Assembly: GCA_964492185.1 (NCBI GenBank)
Contig: CAZBJH010000003.1
Coordinates: 36 to 64,035, forward strand
Source: an uncultured Bacteroidales bacterium
GTDB taxonomy: Bacteria > Bacteroidota > Bacteroidia > Bacteroidales > UBA10428
Direction: 5' to 3'
DNA length: 64,000 nucleotides
How positions within the stretch are numbered: the stretch's first letter is position 1; every line of letters begins with the position of its first letter. The translations under genes and the position numbers were made by a program. The notes below the pieces were generated by a model, which saw only the letters and a program-made list of their open reading frames with translations, was not told the DNA's origin and searched no databases. This document shows positions 9,643 to 19,303 of the stretch, in pieces.

Positions 9643-12372
9643 ATGAAAAAACACTATAACCCCGTATCCACATACCGGATCCAGTTTTCAGGTGAATACC
9701 CGTTCAGCCGGTTTAATGAAATATCGGATTATCTTGAAAAACTCGGGATCGGAACGGTTTATGCATCGCCCGTTTTTTCCGCGTTAAAAGGCAGCACACA
9801 CGGTTATGATGTCATAAGGCATGATAATATCAATCCTGAAATAGGAAATGCCAGTGAACTGGAAATCATCCGTTCCGGACTAAAAGAAAGACAAATTGGC
9901 TGGATACAGGATATCGTGCCTAATCACATGGCCTTTGATCCTTCGAATCCTTATATTTTTGATCTGCTTGAAAACGGAATTCACTCGGCCTTTCATGATT
10001 TCTTTGATGTCGATTGGACACATCCTGACAAAGAAATGAATGGCAGGATCATACTTCCCTTCTTTGGACAATCCGTCGATCAGCTGATCAATAATGAAAA
10101 GTTAAAACTTGTTTACCGGGAAGAAGGATATCTCTGTTTTCTTTATTATGAAAAATGTTTTCCTGCCAATGCGGCTGTATATCCCGGGATATTCCGGAAA
10201 ATACACAATCTTCCTTCTTCATTGCATCATGCATTAAATGAATTTACCCAAGGAAACGATAAAGGGATCAATATTAAACTTCAAATACTGAAACATCACT
10301 TTCAGACCGAAATGACCAGTGATAATAAGTTTCGCAGATCATTAATTTCCGTTCTGGATGATGTCAATGCCAACCGTTCATTGTTAAAGAATTATCTTTC
10401 CATACAACATTATTTGCCTGTTCATTGGCAAACAACCAGCAGGAAGATCAATTACCGAAGGTTTTTTACCATCAATGGAATGATCTGCCTGAACATGCAC
10501 CTCGACAAAGTCCGTGAACTTTATCACAGGTATTGCCTGAAACTTACAAAAAAGGGGATATTTTCAGGGTTGAGGATAGACCATATCGACGGAATCTATC
10601 AGCCGGGCAACTATTTGGAATGGCTTCGAAAACAGGTCGGAAAAGACACCTTTATCATCGTTGAAAAGATACTTGAAAAAGACGAAAAACTACCGGATTA
10701 CTGGCCTGTTCAGGGAACAACAGGATATGAATTCCTCGCGGCAGTTAATAACCTGTTCACATGCAATCAGGCGGAAGGTGATTTTCAGAAAATAAGGGAA
10801 TCAATAATTAAAAAGAAGCTGACCGATTACAATGATCTCATCTACAATAAAAAGAAATACATTCTTTACGAAAGGATGAATGGTGAACTGGAAAATTTAA
10901 CACGCTTATTTATTGACCTGAAAATAAGCAATGAATATCAGTCATTTGAAGCATTACAAAAAGCAATTGGTGAGTTCCTTTTACAATGCCCCGTGTACAG
11001 ATTGTATCTGGAAAAAGATATTATTTCAGCACGGGATGAAAAAATGCTTATTGACATTTTTAACAGGGCGATCAGCAACATCTCTGAATTGCAGCCTGTG
11101 TTGGAGATGCTGAAAAATGAGCTAAGCAAAGTAAATACTCTTACCGGTAAAGAAAAACAAAACCGCCTGCATTTTCTCAGGCGCAGCATGCAGTTTACCG
11201 GTCCCCTGACTGCCAAGGGAGTGGAAGATACCTCATTCTATACATACAATTTATTTATTGCACATAATGAAGTAGGTGATTCACCGGGGTACTACGGCAT
11301 AACCGTTCCGGAATTTCACCGTCTGATGGCTGACCGGAAAAAGTATTATCCCCTTGCATTGAATACGACTTCAACCCATGATACAAAGAGGGGCGAAGAT
11401 TTCAGGGCCCGACTAAATGTATTGAGTGATATCCCTGCATTATGGGGGGAAAAGGCGGTACAATGGAAAAAAATGACAGTTGCCCATAAAACAACGATCG
11501 ATAATAAACCCTGTCCTTCCGAAAAAAATGAATACTTTATTTATCAATCGCTGGCCGGTGGTTTACCATTCTTTGAACACGACCGGGAGGATTTCACTGA
11601 AAGGTTTATTTCGTATATTATCAAAGCCATACGTGAAGGAAAGGAGGAAAGCTCCTGGACATCACCTAATGAGCAGTATGAAAAACATGTTAAAAAATTC
11701 ATTCTAAACATTCTTTCCCCGGGATCGGATTTTTATAATGACCTTTATACCTTTGCAAGGAAGATCTGTGATTATGGTTATCTTAATTCCCTTTCACAAA
11801 CCGTTTTGAAAATAACCTGTCCCGGGGTTCCCGATATTTACCAGGGATCGGAATTGTGGAACTTCAGTATGGTAGATCCCGATAACCGTCGTCCTGTTAA
11901 TTATGATATCAGGAAGAAATATATTAATGAGTTTTATGCTATAAAACAAAAAGATACTATAAATTACTTAAATTATTTATGGAAGAAAAGAGACAACGGA
12001 AAAATAAAGCATTGGATCACAATGAAATTATTACTTTACCGGAAACAACACCCCGGGCTTTTTGAATATGGAGAATACCGGCCCCTGTATTTTAAAGGCG
12101 AACGATCGTCGCGGGTCATGGGTTATATAAGGCAACACCATAATGAAATTATAATAACTGTCATTCCTCTTCACCTGGCAATGGATGGCATTTCGAATAT
12201 CATACACTATAACTGGAAAAATACACGATGTGACCTTCCCTTTGATAAAAAATCCATATGGCACGACCTTATAAGGGATCAATATATCGAAGGAGGAGAA
12301 TCATTATGGTTATCCGGACTATTTAAATCAATTCCCATTTCAGTATTAACAAGAGTGCAGGATCATGGATAA
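9643..12372 (+). CDS. treY: Malto-oligosyltrehalose synthase
   Basis: 909-aa ORF with a typical TreY start (STYRIQF ... YASPVF). Motifs are IVPNHMA, GLRIDHIDG and TSTHDTKRGED. Confidence 0.85.
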   Translation: MKKHYNPVSTYRIQFSGEYPFSRFNEISDYLEKLGIGTVYASPVFSALKGSTHGYDVIRHDNINPEIGNASELEIIRSGLKERQIGWIQDIVPNHMAFDPSNPYIFDLLENGIHSAFHDFFDVDWTHPDKEMNGRIILPFFGQSVDQLINNEKLKLVYREEGYLCFLYYEKCFPANAAVYPGIFRKIHNLPSSLHHALNEFTQGNDKGINIKLQILKHHFQTEMTSDNKFRRSLISVLDDVNANRSLLKNYLSIQHYLPVHWQTTSRKINYRRFFTINGMICLNMHLDKVRELYHRYCLKLTKKGIFSGLRIDHIDGIYQPGNYLEWLRKQVGKDTFIIVEKILEKDEKLPDYWPVQGTTGYEFLAAVNNLFTCNQAEGDFQKIRESIIKKKLTDYNDLIYNKKKYILYERMNGELENLTRLFIDLKISNEYQSFEALQKAIGEFLLQCPVYRLYLEKDIISARDEKMLIDIFNRAISNISELQPVLEMLKNELSKVNTLTGKEKQNRLHFLRRSMQFTGPLTAKGVEDTSFYTYNLFIAHNEVGDSPGYYGITVPEFHRLMADRKKYYPLALNTTSTHDTKRGEDFRARLNVLSDIPALWGEKAVQWKKMTVAHKTTIDNKPCPSEKNEYFIYQSLAGGLPFFEHDREDFTERFISYIIKAIREGKEESSWTSPNEQYEKHVKKFILNILSPGSDFYNDLYTFARKICDYGYLNSLSQTVLKITCPGVPDIYQGSELWNFSMVDPDNRRPVNYDIRKKYINEFYAIKQKDTINYLNYLWKKRDNGKIKHWITMKLLLYRKQHPGLFEYGEYRPLYFKGERSSRVMGYIRQHHNEIIITVIPLHLAMDGISNIIHYNWKNTRCDLPFDKKSIWHDLIRDQYIEGGESLWLSGLFKSIPISVLTRVQDHG

Positions 12373-13873
12373 ACGCGGCGCAGGTATCTTACTTCACATC
12401 TCATCTCTTCCCGGCAAATACGGAACAGGAGATCTTGGAGAAGAAGCTTATAAATTCGTGGATTTTTTAAAGAACAGCGAACAACACTATTGGCAAATTC
12501 TTCCGCTTAACCCGGTCAGCCGCAACAGCGGCTTTTCCCCTTATTCCCCTTTGTCTTCAATGGCAGGCAATCCCCTGCTTATAAATCCGGAAAAAATGCT
12601 TGAATTGCCTTTTATACCTCCTGAACCTCTACTTCAGGAAATAACTAGCTCCGCAAAAGCCGATTTCAATGCCGCGGGATCAATCAGATGGGAATTGTTT
12701 GAAAAAGCATACAGTCATTTTATTCTTAATGCAGATGATAAATGGAAAAAAAAGTTTAACCTTTTCTGTGAAAAGGAATCTTTTTGGTTAAATGATTTTG
12801 CTTTATTTATGGCATGTAAGCAAAAATTTGACTTCGATCCATGGAACAAATGGCCCATGGAATTCCGCCTGCGTGAAAAAAAAACCCTGGAAAAATTTGC
12901 CGGGCAGCAGGCTGATACTATCGTGCGCGAAAAATTTATCCAGTTTATATTCTTTCTTCAACTAAGGGAACTGAAAGAATACTGTCATAATAATGAGATC
13001 AGTGTGATAGGCGATGTGCCTATATACATTGCATATGACAGTGCCGATGTATGGTCGAATCCAGGTATTTTCAAACTGGATGATAAAGGGCAGATGACTG
13101 CTATTGCAGGTGTACCTCCTGATTATTTCGATAAAAACGGGCAATTATGGAACATGCCTGTATTTAACTGGTCAAGTCTGAAAAGTACCGCTTATAAATG
13201 GTGGATCTACCGCCTGAAGCAAAACCTTGAATTATATGATATTGTCAGGCTGGACCATTTCAGGGGCTTCTCAGCTTACTGGGAGGTTCCTGCCGGTGAC
13301 ATTACAGCCAGAAACGGAAAATGGGTCCCGGGTCCGTCAGAAGATTTTTTCGATACAATTAAAAAAGAATTTCCATCTCTTCCTTTTATTGCCGAGGACC
13401 TTGGGGAGATCGACCAGCCTGTATATGATTTACGGGACAAATACGGTTTACCGGGAATGCAGGTTATTCAATTTGCCTTTACCGAAGATGTTGATCGGTC
13501 GGTTCATATCCCATATAATCATAAGATAAACAGTGTGGTTTATACTGGCACACATGATAACAACACGCTGAAAGGATGGTACAAACAGCTCACGTTAAAA
13601 GAAAAAAAACTAATACGAAACTATACGGGTTTCCGGATAAATAAACGAAATATTCACAGTATTATGATGCGTCTTGTATATTCTTCGGTCTCTCGTCTTG
13701 CTATCATTCCCATACAGGATATATTGGGCCTGGGCGAAAAAGCCATAATGAACCGACCTTCAACCATTAAAGGTAACTGGACCTGGAAATTGAAAAACAG
13801 TAAATACCGCAAATACGGAAAGCAACTGCTGGAGATGATGAAGATCTATGGCAGATGCACTGAACACCTATAA
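12365..13873 (+). CDS. malQ: 4-alpha-glucanotransferase (amylomaltase, GH77)
   Basis: 502-aa ORF with motifs GILLHISSLPG, RLDHFRGF, IAEDLG and YTGTHDNNT. It overlaps the treY stop by 8 nt, suggesting translational coupling. Confidence 0.9.
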   Translation: MDKRGAGILLHISSLPGKYGTGDLGEEAYKFVDFLKNSEQHYWQILPLNPVSRNSGFSPYSPLSSMAGNPLLINPEKMLELPFIPPEPLLQEITSSAKADFNAAGSIRWELFEKAYSHFILNADDKWKKKFNLFCEKESFWLNDFALFMACKQKFDFDPWNKWPMEFRLREKKTLEKFAGQQADTIVREKFIQFIFFLQLRELKEYCHNNEISVIGDVPIYIAYDSADVWSNPGIFKLDDKGQMTAIAGVPPDYFDKNGQLWNMPVFNWSSLKSTAYKWWIYRLKQNLELYDIVRLDHFRGFSAYWEVPAGDITARNGKWVPGPSEDFFDTIKKEFPSLPFIAEDLGEIDQPVYDLRDKYGLPGMQVIQFAFTEDVDRSVHIPYNHKINSVVYTGTHDNNTLKGWYKQLTLKEKKLIRNYTGFRINKRNIHSIMMRLVYSSVSRLAIIPIQDILGLGEKAIMNRPSTIKGNWTWKLKNSKYRKYGKQLLEMMKIYGRCTEHL

Positions 13874-14130
13874 CTGAATAGCAAATACCGAATACTGATT
13901 ACTGATTACCGAATACCTTTTTGACCCACCCCTGCCTCCCGACCTTCGGTACGGGACAAGCTCTCCTGGGGAGAAATAGCTCCTTCATAGCTTCCAACTT
14001 CTTCAGCTGTTTACAGTTCACCTTTCACTTTCTCCGCCTTCCGGCTTCAGGCTTCAGGCTTTTTTGCTTTGTACTTTGAACTTTGAGCTTTGAGCTCCTT
14101 TTGCTTTCAGCTTATTCTACCGATTACCGT
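13874..14130. repeat. Low-complexity convergent spacer rich in short tandem repeats
   Basis: Contains CTGATTA x2 flanked by CCGAATAC x2, GGCTTCA x2 and CTTTGA(A/G) x3. The + strand is pyrimidine-rich. No ORF of 60 aa or more is present. Confidence 0.6.
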
Positions 14131-16029
14131 TCACTCCAATATCTCCAGCAAATTATTCTCCCTATACATGTCCGGGATATGTTCATTCCCGAGGAGTACT
14201 GAATGAATGCCCTTATCATGATCGAATGAAAACAAAAGCCTGTCATTATCTTCTTTCCATACTGCAGCAGATTTATAAATTTGTTTTTCAGAGCCGTCAC
14301 TGAATATAACTTTCAGGTTTACCGGAACAGGCAGCTTACCTTTTCTTTCAACCGTAACCTCCATAATATCGTTAGTGATAACAACATCACCCAGTGCCAG
14401 GTCAGCATAACCAAATTCAAAGAACCAGGAATTCCAGAACCAGCCCAAATCTTCTTCATATATACGTTCGAAAGTAAAAAAGAAATCATTGGGTACAGGA
14501 TGTTTACCCTGCCATGAATAAATAAAATCCTGAAATGCCTCACGAAATTTCTCTTTTCCCATAATATCCTGAAGCAGGAAGAAAGCAACAGCAGGCCGGT
14601 AATAGGAAGCAATACGGATTGAAGGATAATTCATCATATAACTCAGTGTCATGGGAGGAATATCAAGTTCAGTTCCTGCAAACCATTCATACCGCGTAAT
14701 AATATTACTTAAATAATCACTGCCATTAATATTCTCATTATACGATTCATTGGGTATAAAAGTAGCCCAGCCCTCATCCATCCATCCGTATTTCCTTTCA
14801 TTAATCCCGGTGAAGAACGGGAAATAGGTATGAGCAATTTCATGAAAGGTCAGTTCGAACAGTTTCCCCCTGTTAACCGGAGCACCATTATTGGCCATCA
14901 TGGGCGATTCCATTCCTCCACCGGGATTACTGTTGCAAAAAGTAGTGATGTGAGGATAGGGATATGGAACACCTGGTAATTCACCTGACAGATAACTAAT
15001 GGTCTTTCCTGAAAATTCAGCTACCTCATCATAATTAATTTCCGGAGGATAAACAGCTGAAGTAAGCACACGTCTTCCCGGCTTAATCTCTACACTCGCG
15101 GCATCCCAATTATACCGGTTGCTTGCTGCAAAAGTAAAATCCATTACATCATTTGCAATGAATTTCCATGTATTTGATTTTCTTCCCTGTGTAACCCTGT
15201 TCTGTAAATAATCATTTGAAGTTATAATATGTATAACACTATCTGAAGACAAAGCACTTTGATAATTATCATATATTCCATCATGAAAAAGCTTGTCAGC
15301 ATTTTTTAACTCTCCCGTGGCCCACACAACGTAATCAGAAGGAAGAGTTATTCTTACGTCAAAATCAGAAAAATCATTATAAAATTCCACTGCACCGGCA
15401 TATTCGATCAAATCCCACCCATCGATATCATCATATACAGCGATCTGGGGATACCAGTAAGCGATAAAAAAGTCATTTTCACCATATTGTCCCATTCTCA
15501 GGTTTTTACCCGATGTCATGATAAATTCCCATTTTACCTCAAGGCAAAGACGCTGACCGGGAAGCAGCTTTTCATCAAGATATATAATCATATTTGTACG
15601 CGTCCTGACAATTTTTTTATTATCATCAGGATCCATCAATTGATTATTTACTGTAAGTGATCTGACCTTCATACCCTCTGAAATATCCTCCTCTGAGAAC
15701 CTTACCTGACGTGAATTACCCTTTTTCAAAATATCCTGGTACAATCTCATAACGATCATACTGAGGGAATCGGGGCTGTTATTAAAATACGTGATTTTTG
15801 TTTTTCCAACGACCATTCGTGTTTCAGGGAACAATTCGGCCTTAATTACATATTGACTGGCGTTTTGCCAGTAATTATCTCCTGGAATTCCCTCAGGGGA
15901 ACGGGTTCCCTTTTCATAAGCTTTTAATATGTTTAAAGGAGTGTAAATATCATTTGATTGAGATTTTATTTCTTGAATACTAAATATATAAACACTAATA
16001 ATTAAACAATAAATTAAATTTTTTTTCAT
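14131..16029 (-). CDS. Secreted M1-family (gluzincin) metallopeptidase
   Basis: 632-aa ORF with an N-terminal signal peptide (MKKNLIYCLIISVYIFSIQ). It has an exact HEXXH-X18-E signature (HEIAHTYFPFFTGINERKYGWMDEGWA). Confidence 0.75.
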   Translation of the reverse strand: MKKNLIYCLIISVYIFSIQEIKSQSNDIYTPLNILKAYEKGTRSPEGIPGDNYWQNASQYVIKAELFPETRMVVGKTKITYFNNSPDSLSMIVMRLYQDILKKGNSRQVRFSEEDISEGMKVRSLTVNNQLMDPDDNKKIVRTRTNMIIYLDEKLLPGQRLCLEVKWEFIMTSGKNLRMGQYGENDFFIAYWYPQIAVYDDIDGWDLIEYAGAVEFYNDFSDFDVRITLPSDYVVWATGELKNADKLFHDGIYDNYQSALSSDSVIHIITSNDYLQNRVTQGRKSNTWKFIANDVMDFTFAASNRYNWDAASVEIKPGRRVLTSAVYPPEINYDEVAEFSGKTISYLSGELPGVPYPYPHITTFCNSNPGGGMESPMMANNGAPVNRGKLFELTFHEIAHTYFPFFTGINERKYGWMDEGWATFIPNESYNENINGSDYLSNIITRYEWFAGTELDIPPMTLSYMMNYPSIRIASYYRPAVAFFLLQDIMGKEKFREAFQDFIYSWQGKHPVPNDFFFTFERIYEEDLGWFWNSWFFEFGYADLALGDVVITNDIMEVTVERKGKLPVPVNLKVIFSDGSEKQIYKSAAVWKEDNDRLLFSFDHDKGIHSVLLGNEHIPDMYRENNLLEILE

Positions 16030-16168
16030 AAAAAATGTTATATAAATAAAAAAACTTTCACTACCTGGTAAAAATATAATAATTTATTATTTCCACACCC
16101 GGGTTTGATCCGAATTAAACCAATCTTTCTATATTTGGTTTGTAGGTAACGGAACATAACAGAAAAAT

Positions 16169-19024
16169 ATGAATATTAAATCATTCATTGTACTATTCGT
16201 CTTAATGTATTGCCCAGTAACCATTCTGCCCCAATTCTATGAAACAGGCCAGGATCCCCATTCAGTAGAATGGGAACAAATACAAACCCGCTTTTTCACT
16301 ATTATATTCCCTTCAGAGTCAGAAATACAGGCACAGCGACTTGTTAACTTACTTGATTTGACATATGGTCCTACTTCATCTTTCTTACAAACCAAACCAA
16401 AAAAAATACCTGTTGTTATGCACAACCGGTCGGTACTTTCCAATGGTTTTGTAGTTTGGGCACCGAAAAGGATGGAGATCACAAACACTCCCCCGCAGGA
16501 ATCAGGTCCCCATGACTGGCTTGAGCAACTGGCCCTGCATGAATACAGGCATGTAGTTCAATTGTACAAACTTAACCATGGTTTTACCGGATTCATGAAG
16601 TATCCGTTTGGCCAGGCTTTTACCGGTGCCGTGGCCGGCTACCTGCCGATGTGGTTTCTTGAAGGCGATGCTACTATGAATGAAACAGCGCTTAGCAGGT
16701 CCGGACGCGGACGTGTCCCTGCATTTAACATGGAAATCAAAGCCCTGTTACTTAACAGGGAAAAACGCTATTCATATGATAAATCTTATTTGGGTTCTTA
16801 CAAACATTTTGTCCCGGATTATTATCGTTACGGTTATCATATGGTCAGTTATGCAAGATTGCAATACGGCGAAAACACATGGGCCGATGTGCTGGATAAT
16901 GTTGCACGAAGGCCTTTTACATTTGCACCTTTTTATTTCGGGCTAAAAAGATCCACCGGCCTCTCGAAAACAAAATTGTACAAAGAAACTATTGATACTC
17001 TTAATTATTTATGGAAAAACAACTTAGATAATATCAGCTTAACAAATTATCAAAATATTACACACGGGAAGAAAGACTACACCAGCTATCGTTACCCGGT
17101 TCTTCACAATAAAAAAATTATCGCTTTCAGGTCAGGCATCGATGACATTGCACGCATAGTATCAATTGATTCCGCGGGCAATGAAGAAATATTGGTGACA
17201 CCGGGAAGAATTAATTCTAATACCCTTTCTTCGGGAGGGGATCACCTGGTATGGACTGAACTTGTCCCTGACCCGAGATGGAAGAAACGCAACTTTTCTG
17301 AGATCAGACTATTCAATATAAATACCAACAAAACAAAAAGGCTCAGTAAGAGAACACGCTATTTTTCACCCTGCCTTAACTCTGATGGCAGTATGCTCGT
17401 GTGTATCGAAACCGACATTGAAAACAAATCATTCCTTGTTTTTATTGAAACCGCTACCGGCTCGGTTGAAAAACGCGTGCCCGCACCCGGAAACACGCAT
17501 CTTTCATACCCTTCATGGTACCGGGATAGTTCAATCACGGTACTTTCACGTGACACTTCCGGAGAAAGCCTTCTTTTGTTCAGCCCGGCAAACCCTGACT
17601 GGGACACTGTTATTGCCCCTTCATTCACTGACCTTTCTCAGCCACATGCCGCTAAAGATCATATCTATATCCGCGCATCATATTCGGGAACTGATAACAT
17701 TTATGCGGCCGATCCCCTTTCAGACAGCATTTATCAAGTGGTTTCAGCTCCACTCGGTGCCTTTGACCCCCTGATGGATGAAAATAACAATCGCTTGATT
17801 TATTCCCATTATACAGACAACGGCTACCAGCTGGTGAGCACCGACCTGGATACATCATTATGGAAACCTCTTGAAAATGTTAAAACTTATAATACAGGTT
17901 GGGCAGACCAACTTACTGAATTATCGGGATTTACTATTCAGGATAACAAATCTGCAGATAGCATATATCCAATTGAGGATTATAACAGGACAAAACACCT
18001 GTTTAAATTCCATAGTTGGGTACCATTTTATGTAAATTATGAACAAAGCAGCTTATCGGATCCTGAAATAAAACCCGGTATCATGCTTTTTTCCCAAAAC
18101 CTTTTGGGTACGGCAATATCCAACATAGCTTATGCCTGGGATAATGGCCACCACAAAATCATTCCGCGCTTCATTTATAAAGGTTTTTACCCGGTAATTG
18201 ACATATCAGCCGATCTTGGGGGTGAACCTTATGTTTTTCGGCATCCTGAGGAGGTGACACTTCCGGCTGATCTGCCTTATTATAAAGAACTCAACGTAAG
18301 GAGCTACATCCCGTTGGAATACTCATTCGGGAAATACTCCTTTTACCTCCAGCCCTCGGTTAATTACGAATATAACAATGCCGTTTATTATAAAAACGGC
18401 TTTCACAGTGGATTAACACATTTCCACTACAACCTATATGCACACGGTGTTTTGAAAACTTCCAAACGGGATATTGTACCCCGCTTCGGACAAACAATTT
18501 CTTTTTCCTTCACCCATTCCCCGTTTAACAGAAGTTTATTCGGATCATTGTATTCAGCATCAACAAAGATTTATTTACCGGGACTGCTTAGTCATCACAG
18601 CATTATGCTGCATGGCGGTATACAGATGCAGCAACCGGAAAAATATTTATATGGCATTTTTCACCTAAGCTTTCCCCGCGGATACACCAACCTATATGCC
18701 GAACAACTTTATAAGTTGTCAGGGGATTACATACTCCCTTTATGGTATCCGGATCTGTCAATCGGGCCCCTGGCTTATATCAAGCGAATACGATCATCAG
18801 TTTTCTGTGATTATACTTACGGCAAAAATGTATATAATGACCCGGGCCATGAAGATATTCTCATTTCACGTGATTATTATTCTTTTGGAATTGAACTGAT
18901 ATCCGACCTTCATTTTGTTCGATTTATTTTCCCTTTTTCACTTGGTATACGTACTTCTTTCCTACCTCAAAAAAGTACATTCGTCCCGGAGCTTCTTTTC
19001 AATATTAATACCAGCATTTTTTAG
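16169..19024 (+). CDS. Secreted or outer-membrane protein with a divergent HExxH gluzincin-like module, TolB-like beta-propeller repeats and a beta-barrel-like C-terminus
   Basis: 951-aa ORF with a signal peptide (MNIKSFIVLFVLMYCPV). HEYRH is followed 36 residues later by WFLEGDAT, comparable to WMDEGWAT in the neighbouring M1 peptidase. The central region has PD40-like repeats (SPCLNSDGSMLVCIE, SYPSWYRDSSITVLS). The C-terminal ~300 aa show an alternating hydrophobic pattern and end in Phe (NINTSIF). Confidence 0.5.
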   Translation: MNIKSFIVLFVLMYCPVTILPQFYETGQDPHSVEWEQIQTRFFTIIFPSESEIQAQRLVNLLDLTYGPTSSFLQTKPKKIPVVMHNRSVLSNGFVVWAPKRMEITNTPPQESGPHDWLEQLALHEYRHVVQLYKLNHGFTGFMKYPFGQAFTGAVAGYLPMWFLEGDATMNETALSRSGRGRVPAFNMEIKALLLNREKRYSYDKSYLGSYKHFVPDYYRYGYHMVSYARLQYGENTWADVLDNVARRPFTFAPFYFGLKRSTGLSKTKLYKETIDTLNYLWKNNLDNISLTNYQNITHGKKDYTSYRYPVLHNKKIIAFRSGIDDIARIVSIDSAGNEEILVTPGRINSNTLSSGGDHLVWTELVPDPRWKKRNFSEIRLFNINTNKTKRLSKRTRYFSPCLNSDGSMLVCIETDIENKSFLVFIETATGSVEKRVPAPGNTHLSYPSWYRDSSITVLSRDTSGESLLLFSPANPDWDTVIAPSFTDLSQPHAAKDHIYIRASYSGTDNIYAADPLSDSIYQVVSAPLGAFDPLMDENNNRLIYSHYTDNGYQLVSTDLDTSLWKPLENVKTYNTGWADQLTELSGFTIQDNKSADSIYPIEDYNRTKHLFKFHSWVPFYVNYEQSSLSDPEIKPGIMLFSQNLLGTAISNIAYAWDNGHHKIIPRFIYKGFYPVIDISADLGGEPYVFRHPEEVTLPADLPYYKELNVRSYIPLEYSFGKYSFYLQPSVNYEYNNAVYYKNGFHSGLTHFHYNLYAHGVLKTSKRDIVPRFGQTISFSFTHSPFNRSLFGSLYSASTKIYLPGLLSHHSIMLHGGIQMQQPEKYLYGIFHLSFPRGYTNLYAEQLYKLSGDYILPLWYPDLSIGPLAYIKRIRSSVFCDYTYGKNVYNDPGHEDILISRDYYSFGIELISDLHFVRFIFPFSLGIRTSFLPQKSTFVPELLFNINTSIF

Positions 19025-19034
19025 GAATTCAGCG

Positions 19035-19212
19035 GACACTATTTAGTGTATGTCCATAAAGTCCCCTTTGCCGCGTTACGCTTGTCCGGAAATTGCTCAT
19101 TTACGATAAGTAAACTCCGCGTTTCCGGACCGCGCGATCCTTGCAAATTGAACTTTCTGAACAGACACATGTCCGGTTAAACATTTTGACTAATTTATTG
19201 ACAGACTCTATT
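19035..19212 (-). repeat. Hairpin-repeat family C, complete copy
   Basis: The reverse complement of 19045-19212 aligns by hand to 57838-58004 with 13 differences in about 168 positions. Nested inverted repeats include GTCCGGAAA (19084-19092) / TTTCCGGAC (19122-19130). It starts 11 nt after the stop of the 951-aa gene. Confidence 0.85.
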
Positions 19213-19303
19213 TAAGCCGTCAATAAATTGATAATCCCGGATAAATTTCGTAAATTGTATAAATTGTTTACAGAGGTTCATTATTCATAAAATTCCCTTT
19301 ATT

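Noticed and set aside
13899-13988. 29-codon minus-strand ORF (MKELFLPRRACPVPKVGRQGWVKKVFGNQ) in the low-complexity spacer
   Set aside because: It is too short, lies in repetitive sequence, and has no supporting features.
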